Of a stretch of 64,000 nt of DNA, positions 34,399 to 46,950 are shown piece after piece; the first letter of the stretch is position 1, and every line of letters begins with the position of its first letter. The stretch comes from Mobula hypostoma (Eukaryota): the NCBI RefSeq assembly GCF_963921235.1, contig NC_086097.1:71488001-71552000 (forward strand), in the 5' to 3' direction. A model generated the notes under the pieces. The model worked only from the letters and a program-made list of their open reading frames with translations. It searched no databases and was not told the origin of the DNA. Both the position numbers and the translations under genes were made by a program.

Positions 34399-35059
34399 TA
34401 ATAAACTATCTAAAGAATGCTCACATTAAATGTGAAAGCAAAATGACATGCATTATTTTAATTTCATGTGCCTTCTCATGTTGGTCTTATCATGGTGTTT
34501 CACAATTCTCCCTTTTATTAAAATTGAGAAATGTGTTAATTGTGAAATTAGTTAAATTATTAACTGGTTTGATTCTCATTTTGGCTTGTTTTTCAAAAGT
34601 GATCAGCTACAGACAGTGATTAACACCTTTTAACTAGGGCGATTGGCAGTGATAATTTATTTTAAACTAGGTAAGTCAGTCGTCAAAAGGAATTTTGCTG
34701 GCAGTGGGAGAAGATAGTGGGTTGCAATCAGAAAGAACTGTGGCAATTTTAATTATTAAGGATAAGTAAACACTGTTAAATAGAAAAATAATTCATATTT
34801 AAGGGATTAGGATAACTTCTGGCATGATGTTCAGACTCCAGGAAAATCTTGAGGTGCCACACAGAAATAATAAGTTTGGGAATTTCTGGCCAACCCTGTC
34901 ATCAGAATGACTAGTGCTGATTTTGCAATGAAACCACTAACCAGCATGGATTTTGTACATTGTCTCCAACGTAATCAATAGGCTGAGGTCAGTTATGCAT
35001 TGTGGACTATTGGATTTAATAACAATTCAAAGTTGTGTGAGACCACAAATGGAGTCTTG

Positions 35060-35300
35060 GGATAAGGGTGAAAGTTGAAATGAGGGGAAACTTCTTCACT
35101 CAGAGGATGGTGATAATGTGGATGTGATTTTGATTTCAATGTTTAAGAGAAGTTTGGATAGGTGAATGGATGGGAGAGGTTTGGAGGGCCATTTCTGAGT
35201 TCAGGTCGATGGGACGAGGCAGTTTAAATGGTTTGGCATGGACTAGATGGGCTGAAAGACCTGTACCTGTACTGTACTTTTCTATGACTCTATCGCTCTA
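35060..35300 (+). mobile_element. CR1 3' fragment
   Basis: TGAGGGGAAACTTCTTCACTCAGAGGATGG...GATGGGCTGAAAGACCTGT...TTCTATGACTCTAT. Confidence 0.75.
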
Positions 35301-37974
35301 AAAATCCTAGAAGAATTACATAAATGAGATGGAAAATATTAATTTAAGTTCCTGCATCATAGTGGTGACTATGCTTCAAAAGTATATGATTGGCTCTTTA
35401 GAAACATATTGGAATATCATGAAGTAAGACAGTCATTAGAAAAGTGCAAGTCAATCTTTTATTAGCATAACCCCATGTCAATTTGGTCAAAAAGATCTAT
35501 TTTGTGTTTTCTCATTTCCATTGAGAGAGCAGCAATGGGTTTCCTACACAAAGATATATTTCAATTGCAGTGTTTACTTGCTCTGATATTTCAGAGTATT
35601 CATGGCAGTGAATAATCCTGGAAGAATTCTGACATATTGCTGAACATGCAGCCCATTCACAATTTTATCCTCCTCACCAAGTGGAAATGCACAGTTGACC
35701 GTGTGGGTTGTTGGGACACAAGGGACAGTCAGGACACCTGGAGAGTTTCAGCCTGGTTTCACTGAAATTGTCTCTGGATATGAGAGGCCATGCAAGAGAG
35801 GACTGCTAACCAAAGGCAGCAAAGGAGTAGTCAGGGCCCAGTTACAAGATGTACTCACATGAATCTAAATCTAGTAGGACATGACAGACTGAGTGGAAAA
35901 AATGCAAAAAAATTAATTACTTCTATGATGCTTTATAGAATAGCCAGGCTGGAGAAGGTATTTTTCATAAGATATTCCAAGGAATCCCTGGGCCTCTGCT
36001 TCTCCAGCCTTCCCATTGTCTTCCATCATCAGCTGCTCTTTGTAGATTAATCCACTTTCACTCCTCATCACTGTCTTCTGTTGTGGTGGTCATTCCCTTC
36101 TGTCCATCAGAGTGTTAACCGCTCACCTCATGCACCACATCTGCCCACCAGCATTATTCCTACCTAGTCTGATTGAATTAAATGGAAACAGCGTTATGTT
36201 CAGAGGGTTTCCTTCTGTCCATCAAAACCACAACCTTGATCACATCCTGTATTAATACTGTATTAAGGAAGTCCCATTTAATAAGTTATCATTTGACAGG
36301 AAGAAAATTGATTACAAAAGTACATTTAAAAACTTAAGAAACAGCAAATCCACTAAGGAGTGATTGTGATTTATCATCTCTGTTCAATAATGAGTAGAGA
36401 ATGAAATCAGAATGCAATTAGATGATTACTAAGACTGGTACCTCACTCCTTCATGTGTGGCCTTTCAATATCCATGCAGAATATTTATGCACTGCTCTCA
36501 TTTCATTCTTCTTGGAATCTTTTTCTGTTCAAAACAAAACAAAGTATGACAGAATAACAAAATATGTTACAATATAATATCACAAATTAGCCATTGTAAT
36601 AGTGACATCTTCTCAATCAAATCCTGGTCTTCAAACAATTGGTATCATTAGTAATCATAAGTGACTAAAAGTAAGAAATTCTGCTTTCAGTTTAGAATTT
36701 TGAAAAGTATGTGACAAGATGTCATGGAAAACAGTGACAATTGCAATGGTGCTACTTCCTGTGTTCACAGTACTCAGAACTGTCAGAATCAGAATCAAGT
36801 TTATTATCACAGACATACAGTATTTATGTTACTAATTTCCACGGTGCTCACCTTCACATGGTCCATGTCTGATTCTTCCCTTTCTAGATCTCAGGAGATA
36901 AGCTGAGACTAGTGTTTAATACAAGGAGTCTTCAGTGTGAAACGCTAGTTCAGTTTCTCTTTCCACAGCTGCTATCTGACTTACTAAGTGTTTCCGATAT
37001 TTTGTAGATTTTACATCACATTTCCAGCCTTTGCAGTTTTTTGGTTTTTACTATTTGTACTTCAGTAGGATGAACTTCCCGCCAGGAAGGTGCTGTCAGG
37101 ACTGGTACAGGATGTAAATAAGATAGAGGCAGTTAAAGGTCTCTTAGCTCAGCATGTGAATATGTAGAGAATGAACAGGTATGAACATTGTATTGGCAGA
37201 AGGGATTAATTTGGTTAGACATTCAATTACAAGTTTAACTAGTTTGACACAGCAACACAAGTCATAGAGCCTGTTCCTATGCTGTACTGCTCTATATTCT
37301 ATGTTTTATCCTTTAGAATAGAACTAATAATTTACAATATTAATTATATTAGTAATATTAATATTAAATTACAATCTACTAGCTGGACAGTTTAAGCTGA
37401 AATTTCTTAGCCTATTCCTTTTTAAGCAAAAGTTAGCCCATCAGTAACCTTCCTACTTTCTGGCAGCACATCTCTAGCCCAAGTTGGTTTAATAAACTAT
37501 AATCAGAGCCAGCACCATTTTCACATTTTTTTTCTTCTGGACCATGTTAAATATATTCTCTTTCCCATTGTTTATATGTCCAGTATTTTATTTTCTTCCT
37601 CTTTAATGTCAGTGATTATGTAACTTTCTTTCATGAAGGTGAATGACAAGCATTTATTTCTATCTGCAAGTATCTTTAGCTTCCACACTCAGTTTACAGA
37701 ATTGGTCTGTAACGGTGCCACTCTTTCCTTTGTCATATATTTCCCATCATGCATCCCTGCAGCCATCAGCCATCATACCCTGTAACCATCAGGCTCCTGA
37801 ACCAGTGTGGATAACTTCACTCAGCTCGACACTTAACTGACTCCACTACCTATGGAGTCAAGGACTCTACAACTCATGTTCTCTTTAGGTTAATTGGTCA
37901 TTGGAAAATTGTGTCTGATGACTCATTAGCTTCCCTGAACTGAACCACTTACTTAACCACTAACTTACTTAACT

Positions 37975-38494
37975 AAGAAAGGATGTGCTGACATTGGAGA
38001 GATTTCAGAGGAGATTCATGAGTATGTTTCCGGGCATGAGAAGGTTATCATATGAGGAGTGTTTGATGGCTCTGGGACTGTTCTCACTGGAATTTAGAAT
38101 AATGAGGGGGCAATCTCATTGAAACCTATCAAATGTTGAAAGGCCTAGATGAAGAGTGGAAATGGAGAGGATGTTTCCTGTGGTGGAGAAGACCACAAGC
38201 AGAGGGTTCAGTCTTATAATAAAGTGGCCTCCACTTAGAACGGAGATGAGGAGGAATTTCTTTAGCGAGAGGGTGGTGAGCCTGTGGAATACATTGCCAC
38301 AGGCAGCTGTGGAAGCCAGGTCATTGGGTATATTTAAGGCGAAGGTTAATAGGTTCTTGATTGGTCAGAGCGTGAAAGGTTACGGGGACAAGCAGAAGAC
38401 TGGAGTTAAGAAGGAGATGGATCAGCCATAATAAAATGTCGAGGCAGACTCAATGGGCCGAATAGCCTATATCTGCTCCTATGTCTTATAGTCT
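37975..38494 (+). mobile_element. CR1 3' fragment
   Basis: 'RTEMRRNFFSERVVSLWNTLPQAAVEARSLGIFKAKVNRFL'; 3' hairpin and CTTAT tail. Confidence 0.85.
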
Positions 38495-39759
38495 TAATTC
38501 AAAGGGTAGCACTTTCCATTTACCCTCCAGCCTTTCCTTGAGTGCCCCATCATGGAGAGTGCAATGTACCTTCAGAAACAGACAGTTTCCCCCCGGTCAA
38601 CATGTTGCTCTCCATAATTGCTCGAATTTGCTGCCCCCCATGCTACGTGTAGGTTGCTCTGCTGCAGTGCAAAAGAATAGATTCAGCTTCCTGATAGTAG
38701 TTATTGCTCTAACTCTGCTGCATATCCCCCAGACCAGATATTTAACCAACTTATTTCAACCCCCAGAGTAGAACTGTAGGTGTGTGCCTACAGTCTGTGC
38801 CATTCAGCATTTTGTGATGGAACTAATAAGGAGATCACTTCTGCTGGTCATGAATTTTGCCACCTTTTGCTAAACCACTTGCTTGATTTCACCTCTGCCC
38901 TGGGATTCTACAAGTGGATCAATAATCATCTCCTTTTCTTGCCCTTGGTTCCAGAATATCTGTTCACTTCCAAGGTGAAGGTAACTTTCCAACCGAGCCA
39001 GTGGTATCACTAACGTTGCCAGCGTATTTCATTTGCACTGATTTCATTCACCAATTCCTCATCAGTACATCATTTGGGATTACTGACATCTCTGGCTCAA
39101 TTGTAAATATCTACTTTGTTCTAAGTAATTATGCTTGCATGTTGATGGTGACACAAATTTGGTTTATTGGTGGCTGTCCTGAATTCTCTCAACCTGAATA
39201 AATGTTATACTATCTGCCCTGCCAAAACCTCCCCTGAGAAAGCACCTTTGAACATACAAACGTAATATTCTTTTGTTGTTCCACTGTTTTGAATGGAGCC
39301 AAAATGTTGTTATAATCTTGGAAGTTCTTCCGGTGTGGTGCTCAGTATGCATCCCTTAACCAAGACTAAAACATACTAAAATAATTATGGCTTATTTGAA
39401 ATACATGCATTTTAAATGGTAAGTACTGTTCTTACAGTAAATGGATATCAGAAACATTACTGAATAAACCACATGGAAATGAGACATTAACCAAAGCTGG
39501 TATTTGCTCAGAGAGGCAATGTAATAAACTGATTGTGAAATATTGTCTAAAAATAAGGCTTTTATAAATTATTCAATAAATTTATGCAGAGGCATCCAAA
39601 GAAATAATTGGCATAATGATGGCATTGAATAGGCAGAATATGTCTCCAATTTTTAATTAACGTGTTTTATTGTATTAGTTTGTGTTGGCTTACAGCACTA
39701 GGGAAACTCTGAAAAGTCCAAACCCTATGCTTTCAGCTTCTACCAGCAACTTCTCCATT

Positions 39760-40925
39760 ATAAGACCATAAGACCATTAGATACAGGATCTGAATTAGGC
39801 TATTTACCTATTGGGCCTGCTCCACCATTTCATCATGGCTGATCCAATCTTTCTCTCAGATTTCTCCTCATATTCCTTCATAACTTGATCAGTCAAGAAT
39901 CTGTCAAATTCTGCCTTAAATATACATAAAGGCTTGGTCTCCACAGCTGCCTGTAGCAACAACTTCTGGCTGAAGAGATTCCTTCTCATCTCTGTTCTAA
40001 AAAGATGCCCCTCTATCCCGGGGCTGTCTACAGACTACTTTATCATGTGCCTCCAAGTACCTGAAGACCTCATCCTTAATAATCCACTCCAACACCTTCA
40101 CAACCTTTCTTTCTTCTGCCTCTCTCCCTTCTTGAAGAGTAGAGTAACATCTGCAATTTTCCAGTCTTCCAGAACCATTACAGAATCCAGTGATTCTTGA
40201 AAGATCATTGCTAATGTTTCCACGATCACTTCAGCCACCTCTTTCAGAACTCTGGGGTGTACACCATCTGGTCCAGGTGACTTACTGTATCTACCTTCAG
40301 CGCTTTCAATTTCCAAGAATCTTCTCTCTAGTTATGCTAACTTCTGATACTTCATGACCTGGAACTTCCACCATACTGCTAGTGTCTTCCATAGTGAAGA
40401 CTGATGCAAAATACTTACTCAGTTTGTCCACTATTTTCTTGTTCCCCATTTCTATCTCTCTACCATTGTTTTTCAGTGGTCCAATATCCACTCTCACCTC
40501 TCTTTTTTACTTTATTTATCAGAAGAAACTTTTGGATTCCTCTTTAATATTATTGGCTAGCTTATTTTTGTATTCCATCTCAACCTTCTTAATGATTTTT
40601 TAGTTGTCTTCTAATGATTTTTAAAAGCTTCCCAATCCTCTAACTTCCCATTAATCTATGCTCTATGATATACCCTCTCTTTGGCTTTTATGTAGGCTTT
40701 GACTTCTCTTGTTAGCCTTAGTTGAGTTATCTTTCCTTCAAAATACTTGGTCCTGTTTGGGAATGTATGTATCCTGTGCCTTCCAATTTGCTTCCTGAAA
40801 TTCCAGCTATTGCTGCTCTGCCGTCAAACCTGCCAGTGTTCTTTTCCACTCAACTCTGGCCAACTTCCTTCTCATTCCTCTGTAATTCCCTTTACTCCAC
40901 TGTAATACTGATACATTATGACTGG
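39760..40925 (-). mobile_element. CR1 ORF2 fragments with large internal deletion
   Basis: 'KSPGPDGVHPRVLKEVAE..EDWKIADVTLLFKKG', 'KYFASVFT', 'RRNLFSQ..FKAEFDRFL'; tail TAAGACCATAAGACC. Confidence 0.85.
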
Positions 40926-42539
40926 TTTTAACTTCTCTCCAGCCTCTGTTCTGAGCTGATCTATTCAAATCTAAAGCAAATTTTATCCCCTCAAATTCTT
41001 CACATCCTCCAGTCTCTATCAACCTTTGCTAATCCAAAACTCCATTCTCTATATCCTGCCCTACCCTATTCCCACTGAACTTCAAATTTCAAAATTATCA
41101 TGATTGTCTTTAAGTCTATGACCTCTGGTATGATATGCCTCCAGTTCTTCTTTCCAAATGCCATTTAGCTGGCTCATTGTTCTTGGGCATCCTATTTCTT
41201 ACCAGTTCATTAATCTCAACATTGCCTTCAGCCTCACCAAGATCCAATGCGGCAGAATTCCCTTCTTTTCCATTTTTATCTCCTCCCTTTAAGACCTTAA
41301 AATCCATTTCTTGGTCCAAATCATTGGGTGCCCTTCATTAGGTTACCATGAGTTTTTTTTAAATAAGCCTTTGCAAAGTGGCAGAGATATGTCTTTCTCT
41401 ATATCAACGGCTCGAATTGAATGTGTTATAAATCGAAAAGGTGCTTGTATATATTTCTAAATTTCTCAATTAAGTTTTTTAAAAAGTTTTTTTTATTTCT
41501 CAGTTTTGATTTCAAAGCTTGCAATCCCACTTAAACTGCGAAATTTAGATGAAGAGTACAGGATTTTGAACGATTAAAAGATGTGCTTATATTGTATGAT
41601 AAGGTTAACCTTATAATTTATAGATGATTGTAGTTCATGAGTTCTGTAGTGTTAAAATGTAATAAATCTTCAATAAATAATTTATGTCACACCAGATAAG
41701 TTAACTGAACAGATAGTGCTTCAGATATTAATTTTAAATGTGAAATAAAATGCTTCGTCAGTTGTAGATTTTGTTTGGATATTCGGTGCTCTTTGAGCTA
41801 AGTCATACTTTCAGTAAAGACGTGATTTTCAAGAAATTTGTAATAATAAAGGTGGCATCAACAGACAGCTTCACTTCTTCCTGATGAGAAATGTCAGGGC
41901 TCAACAGCAACTTGGGTAGCAATCTAAACAAAAAATTAACAGGTAAGATATGTTTTAAAAGCTTCTCATGGGAATCCAAAGCAAGAAGTAATTTACACTG
42001 ACAATATTTGCTCTTCCACGAAGTCACACAATCAACAGAAACTGCTGTTTTCCCACCATGCAAGTCATTAGATATTGCCAAGTATCACTAAAATGTTGGT
42101 CTCCATAACACCATCTACAAATAGCAAAACTAACAAATGAAAAGCCATCAGATGTCCTTAACCATCAGTTGTGGAGCTGCTATTCTGATGAACCCACAAA
42201 ATGAATAACAATTCTAACCTGTTCTCTGCTCTGCTGCAATCTCAATTCCCTGTGGCACTGCAACAGCATTGATTATCTTCTCCTATCCTTTACGAAATTT
42301 GTCTCATTTCATCCTTCTCATACTTCCAACTTGTCTACAGTGCAACCAAATGTTATGTTTCAGCAAGCTTCATTTATTTCCCTCTAATTTAGTTTTTGTA
42401 TCAGCCGTGGCTGGTGTAGCAGCCCGCTGGGCTTGGAATCAGAAGATTATGAGTTCAAGTCCTATACTGGAGACTTCAGCAAGAATATCAATGTTGTTGG
42501 TACTAGCAGGGATGCAATTTGTCCCTCCCCACTAATCAC

Positions 42540-43175
42540 CCTCCTTGCAAACCTCACATTGCTCTACACCTGCCCATTCACCTCCTCCCTCACCTCCATT
42601 CAGGGCCCCTAACAGTCCTTCCAGTCGAGGCAACACTTCATCTGTGAATCTGCTGGGGTTGGCTACTGTGTCCGGTGCTCCTGATGCAGCCTCTTCTACA
42701 TTGGCGAGACGTGTCGTAAATTGGGGGATGGCATCGGTCAGCACCTCCACTCCATCTGCAAAAAGCAGAACTTCCTGCTGACCCAACCTTTTAATCGCAA
42801 TTCCCATTCCTGTTCTGACATGTCAGTCCATGGCCTCCTCTCGTGCCATGATGAGGCCACCCGCGGGGTGGAGGAGTAACACGCTGTGTTCCGTCTGGAT
42901 AACCTGAGGACATGAATATCAATTTCTCCTTCTAGTAAGAACATATTTTCCCTCCCCCTCCCCCTCCTGCATCTGTCCTCTTATCTCTTGTTACCTGCAT
43001 ATCACCTTCCCCTGATATCCCTCCTCCTTCCCTTTCTCCTATGGTCCACTCTCCTCTCCTATCAGATTCCTTCATCTCCAGCCCTTCACCTTTCGCACTC
43101 ACCTGGCTTCACCCATCACCTTCTATTCTCCTTCCACTGCTCCCACATTTTTGTTCTGGAATCTTCCCCCTTTTT
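42540..43175 (+). mobile_element. Penelope-like fragment (GIY-YIG region)
   Basis: CAGGGCCCCTAACAGTCCTTCCAG...CTACATTGGCGAGAC...CATGGCCTCCTC, same family as 9400-10140, followed by a pyrimidine tract. Confidence 0.8.
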
Positions 43176-43424
43176 TTTCATTTATCTGTTGCATACATTG
43201 TTGTAAATGCAGTTCCAGCCAGTGACAATAGTCTGTGTAATGTATTAGCTAATATTGAGAGTGTTTAATGTCGGGAGTTACTCAGAGCAGGTAAGGGTCA
43301 CTGAAGCATTGTTAACATCTCTTGAACAATTACACTCTTTGCCTTCAGTCAATGTCCACAGAGGTTTTACAGTCGCAGCAAGCTACAACAAAGCAGATAT
43401 GAAAGCAAGGACACTTTTTATATA

Positions 43425-43480
43425 CACTGAGTGGCCCCTTTATTAGGTACCTGCTGTACCTAATAAAGTGGCACTGAGTG
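43425..43480. mobile_element. Short palindromic Tc1/mariner-like element
   Basis: TA|CACTGAGTGGCCCCTTTATTAGGTAC ctgct GTACCTAATAAAGTGGCACTGAGTG|TA. Confidence 0.7.
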
Positions 43481-43909
43481 TATGTTCATGGTCTTCTGCT
43501 GGCTGTATGCCCATCCACTTCAACAACATTGACAGTGACAGCACTGTGTTGGTTTGCTGAACATCCTATAGGGGAGGGTGGTAGCTGCTGTGGTGGCAGT
43601 ACTGCAGCCTCTGGACACCATGCAGCAGATACTTTTGAAGATGTCTCATCGTGCAGAAGCCCTTATGCTCCTTCTTATGTTCCACTTCCTCTTTACATCA
43701 GAACTTCTTTGAATCTACAAAATTCAAATGGATTAGACATGCAGATATCATCTGTACCCTTCTTCTCAACATAACAAAGTAACAAAGTTTACTAGCTTTC
43801 CTGTATCCAGAAAGGCAAGAACTCATGTCTGGTCAGCTCCCCGTTGCATGTGCACTGCACAGCAAAGAGGGAGACAGACCATTATTTGATTTGACAGTTG
43901 CTCACTACT

Positions 43910-44024
43910 CAGGAGTTGGCATTCTATATACTACCAAGGATGGTTTCGGGGCAGAATCTTTTTATAAAAAAGATTCCTCAGTTAACGGTAGGGATCCATG
44001 GCATAAGAAGGTTGGGAACCCCTG
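43910..44024. mobile_element. hAT-like MITE
   Basis: CAGGAGTTGGCA...GGATCCATGGCATAAGAAGGTTGGGAACCCCTG; related to 50605-50684. TSD not evident. Confidence 0.5.
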
Positions 44025-45487
44025 GGGTAGCAGGTGCAAGGCATAGCCACACGTGAGTTTTATCCTCGAGTACTCTGGAGAGGAAGCAAAAGTAGTACTA
44101 TTGTCGTCCAGTCACAGTCCTTTCTTTTAGCCAATCAGCACAGAATTCTGTAGCTCTTGGAAAGGTGATTAATTGAAAGCTCCATTAAGACGATCATCCA
44201 TTATTTCATTGTTTATTGGCATCAATGAAGAATTTCATTTAAGGACCACCCCAGAATGCTTTTGAGAAGTTGATAAGATGCAGCTGTATTGGCCTGCTGT
44301 GGTGGATCGAGTGAAGGAACTCCTGAAGTGCTTTTAATAGGAAGATCTAGAAGTTTGCTCCAATGTAAAGTATCTCCTTCATTTGGAAGAATGTAAGTTC
44401 TATTGATATGGAAGTAAAAGTAGAAAGACAGAATTTTTTTAAATGATGAGAGACTCAAAGGTGTTTAAGATGACATGGGTGGCTGTGTTCGAGATCATTG
44501 AATGTAATCCTGTGGGTACTGCAAGAAATTGTGAGAATAAACAATACGTTGTTATTTATTTTGTGGATTTGAGCACCAGAGTAAGAGATGCCTTGCTCCA
44601 ATTATTTGAAACCTTAGTGAGAGCACATATGGATCATTGTGTACCTAAGGAATCTGACTAACCATTAAGTTAGTCCATCCATCTCCCTCTATATATTACT
44701 CCCATCACTGCCCTGCACAGTAGATGCTTTAAACCATTTTTATAAAGCTGGTTATACTGTAAATACATGTTGGTATTGATTTATTTATGCACATTTTATT
44801 TAATCTCTGTCCTTTAACCTCTAACTTTATTAGCTTTTTACATTAAATTCTTATCTTTATGATTGTTGAATGTTGTTTTTCGTTGCATGTCATGACCTAA
44901 CCAACACACCAGAGCGAATTGCTAATACATGTAATAAAATTGAATAAAATTGATCTTTGATCCTTGAAAGATACACTAGTGATAGGATTCAACTAAATTT
45001 ATCTAACTTACTTCATAACATGGAAAAAGTTGAAGTGCAGAGGACCTGAACACCCAAGTGTAAAGAAATAAGTGATGATCTCTTTGAGATTGGCAAAATT
45101 TTGGGACTTGATTTGGTGGAGATGGAGTCAATGTTTCCCCTAGCCTGGATGGCTGGAACAGGGAGTCATAAACTCAGAATGAAAGATGGAATGAATTGTT
45201 TTCAGCCAGACAGTAAGTCTTAGGAAGTCTTTACCCAAAAGAATTGTGGAAGCTCAATTGCTCTGTATATTAAAGATGCTTTCATAGATTTCTAAATATT
45301 AAGGCAATCAAAGGATGTTAAATTAGTTCAGGAAGATGGCACTGAGGTAAATGATCAGCCAGGAATTTATTAAATGGCACAAAAATATCAATGGTTACAT
45401 CGTCTTCTAAGTCTGTTGTGAATCAGGATGGTGTGTGACATTTTCAGCTTTGCCTATTTTTCATAATTCTATAATCTGTAATTTTAT

Positions 45488-45812
45488 CACAAACACAAGA
45501 AAGTCTGCAGATGCAGAAAATCCAAAGCAACAGACACAAAATGCTGGAGAAACTCAACAGGTCAGGAAGCAACTACGGAAAAGAATAAATAGTTTATGTT
45601 TAGAGCCAAGACCCCTCTTTAGGACCATAAGAGACCATGGGTTTGCAACTTTGGGAGGTGTTGTTAACAAACGTAGTGAATGGGCTTCACCTTTAGTTGA
45701 CAGCCTCCATCATAATGGAAGTGTTGGTCCTGAAAAGGGGTCTTGGCTCAAAACATCAACTGTTTTGTCTTTTCTGTAGATGCTGCCTGACAAGCTGAGT
45801 TCTCCCAGTGTC
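45488..45812. mobile_element. Inverted pair of Penelope-like terminal repeats around a ~100-bp spacer
   Basis: Arm 45488-45626 (minus) and arm 45726-45812 (plus), both bounded internally at the decayed hammerhead (GGTCCT(A/G)AA). Confidence 0.75.
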
Positions 45813-46639
45813 TGAAGTTTTAAGATTTTCAAGTACTGATCTTGAACTCATGTAGTTCTTATAATGAAGGTTCTCTTATATATGGTGAAGTACAGTGTTC
45901 CAGGACTTTTTCATTCAGCACCAATTAAGGACTGGGAACATATTACCAAATCAGTATACACTGGGAGGAAATTGCAGATGTTTCCTGCATGTGCTGCCCT
46001 TGGTTTTTATGTGCAAAATTTGTAACTTTGGGAAGTGCTATCAACAAACTTTGTGAATGAACTTCAATAACTTTATTTGATAGCCTTCGTGGTGCACCAT
46101 AATGGAAGTGTTGGTGTTGAGGAATCAACACTTATTTTAGTGGATGGTGTACCAATAAAGCATACTTCCCACTTTTAGATTACGTCAAGCATTTCAGCAT
46201 TGTTGGAGCTGTATTTATCCGGGAAATTGAAGAGTATCCCCATCTGCTCCTAATTCTCAGGCAGCTGCTAGGGATTAGATGAATTATTTCCATTCCAGTC
46301 TTGTTGCTTCAGAGGTGATTGATAAGGCTTGAGGTTCTGACTGGTTTCACTTTTCTGGGGCTCCTTCACGCAACGTTCAACCACAAAATGGGAAATTCTG
46401 GAAGGACACAGCCCGTCAAGCAGCATCTATAGAAAGTGAAACCACACAACGTTTCAGGTGGAAAACCCTTCATCAGAACTGGTGCTTCTCTTCACTCAAG
46501 TACTGCCTTATTTTCAAGGGTAGTCTCTCCCCAGTTCATCACTGGAATTCAGCTCTTCCATCCACTTTTGTACCAAGGTTATAGAGAAGTCAGGAGATGA
46601 GAGTCTGTAGTGAAGGCAGACACTTCTTTACTGTGATTA

Positions 46640-46950
46640 CAAAGAAGGATCTTATCTCTTCTCATTACTACCATCAGTGAGAAGGTACAGGAGTCTAAAG
46701 ACATGCACTCAAAATTTAGGAACAGCTTTTTCCCCTCTGCCATCAGTTTTCTGATCTGACAATAAACCCATTAATTCCAGTATTTTTGCTCTCTTTTTGC
46801 TTCTCTTTTTCATATATTATTGTTTTCATAGTATTCTATATCACATTTATAGTATATTTTATGTATTTCACTGTACTGCTGGCTCAAAACAACAAATTTC
46901 ATGACGTATGTCAGTGTTAATAACCTGTTATTGATTCTGATTCGGATTCA
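46640..46950 (+). mobile_element. Rex1-like 3' end
   Basis: TACTACCATCAGTGAGAAGGTACAGGAG...GAACAGCTTTTTCCCCTCTGCCATCAG...GATTCTGATTCGGATTC. Confidence 0.7.
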
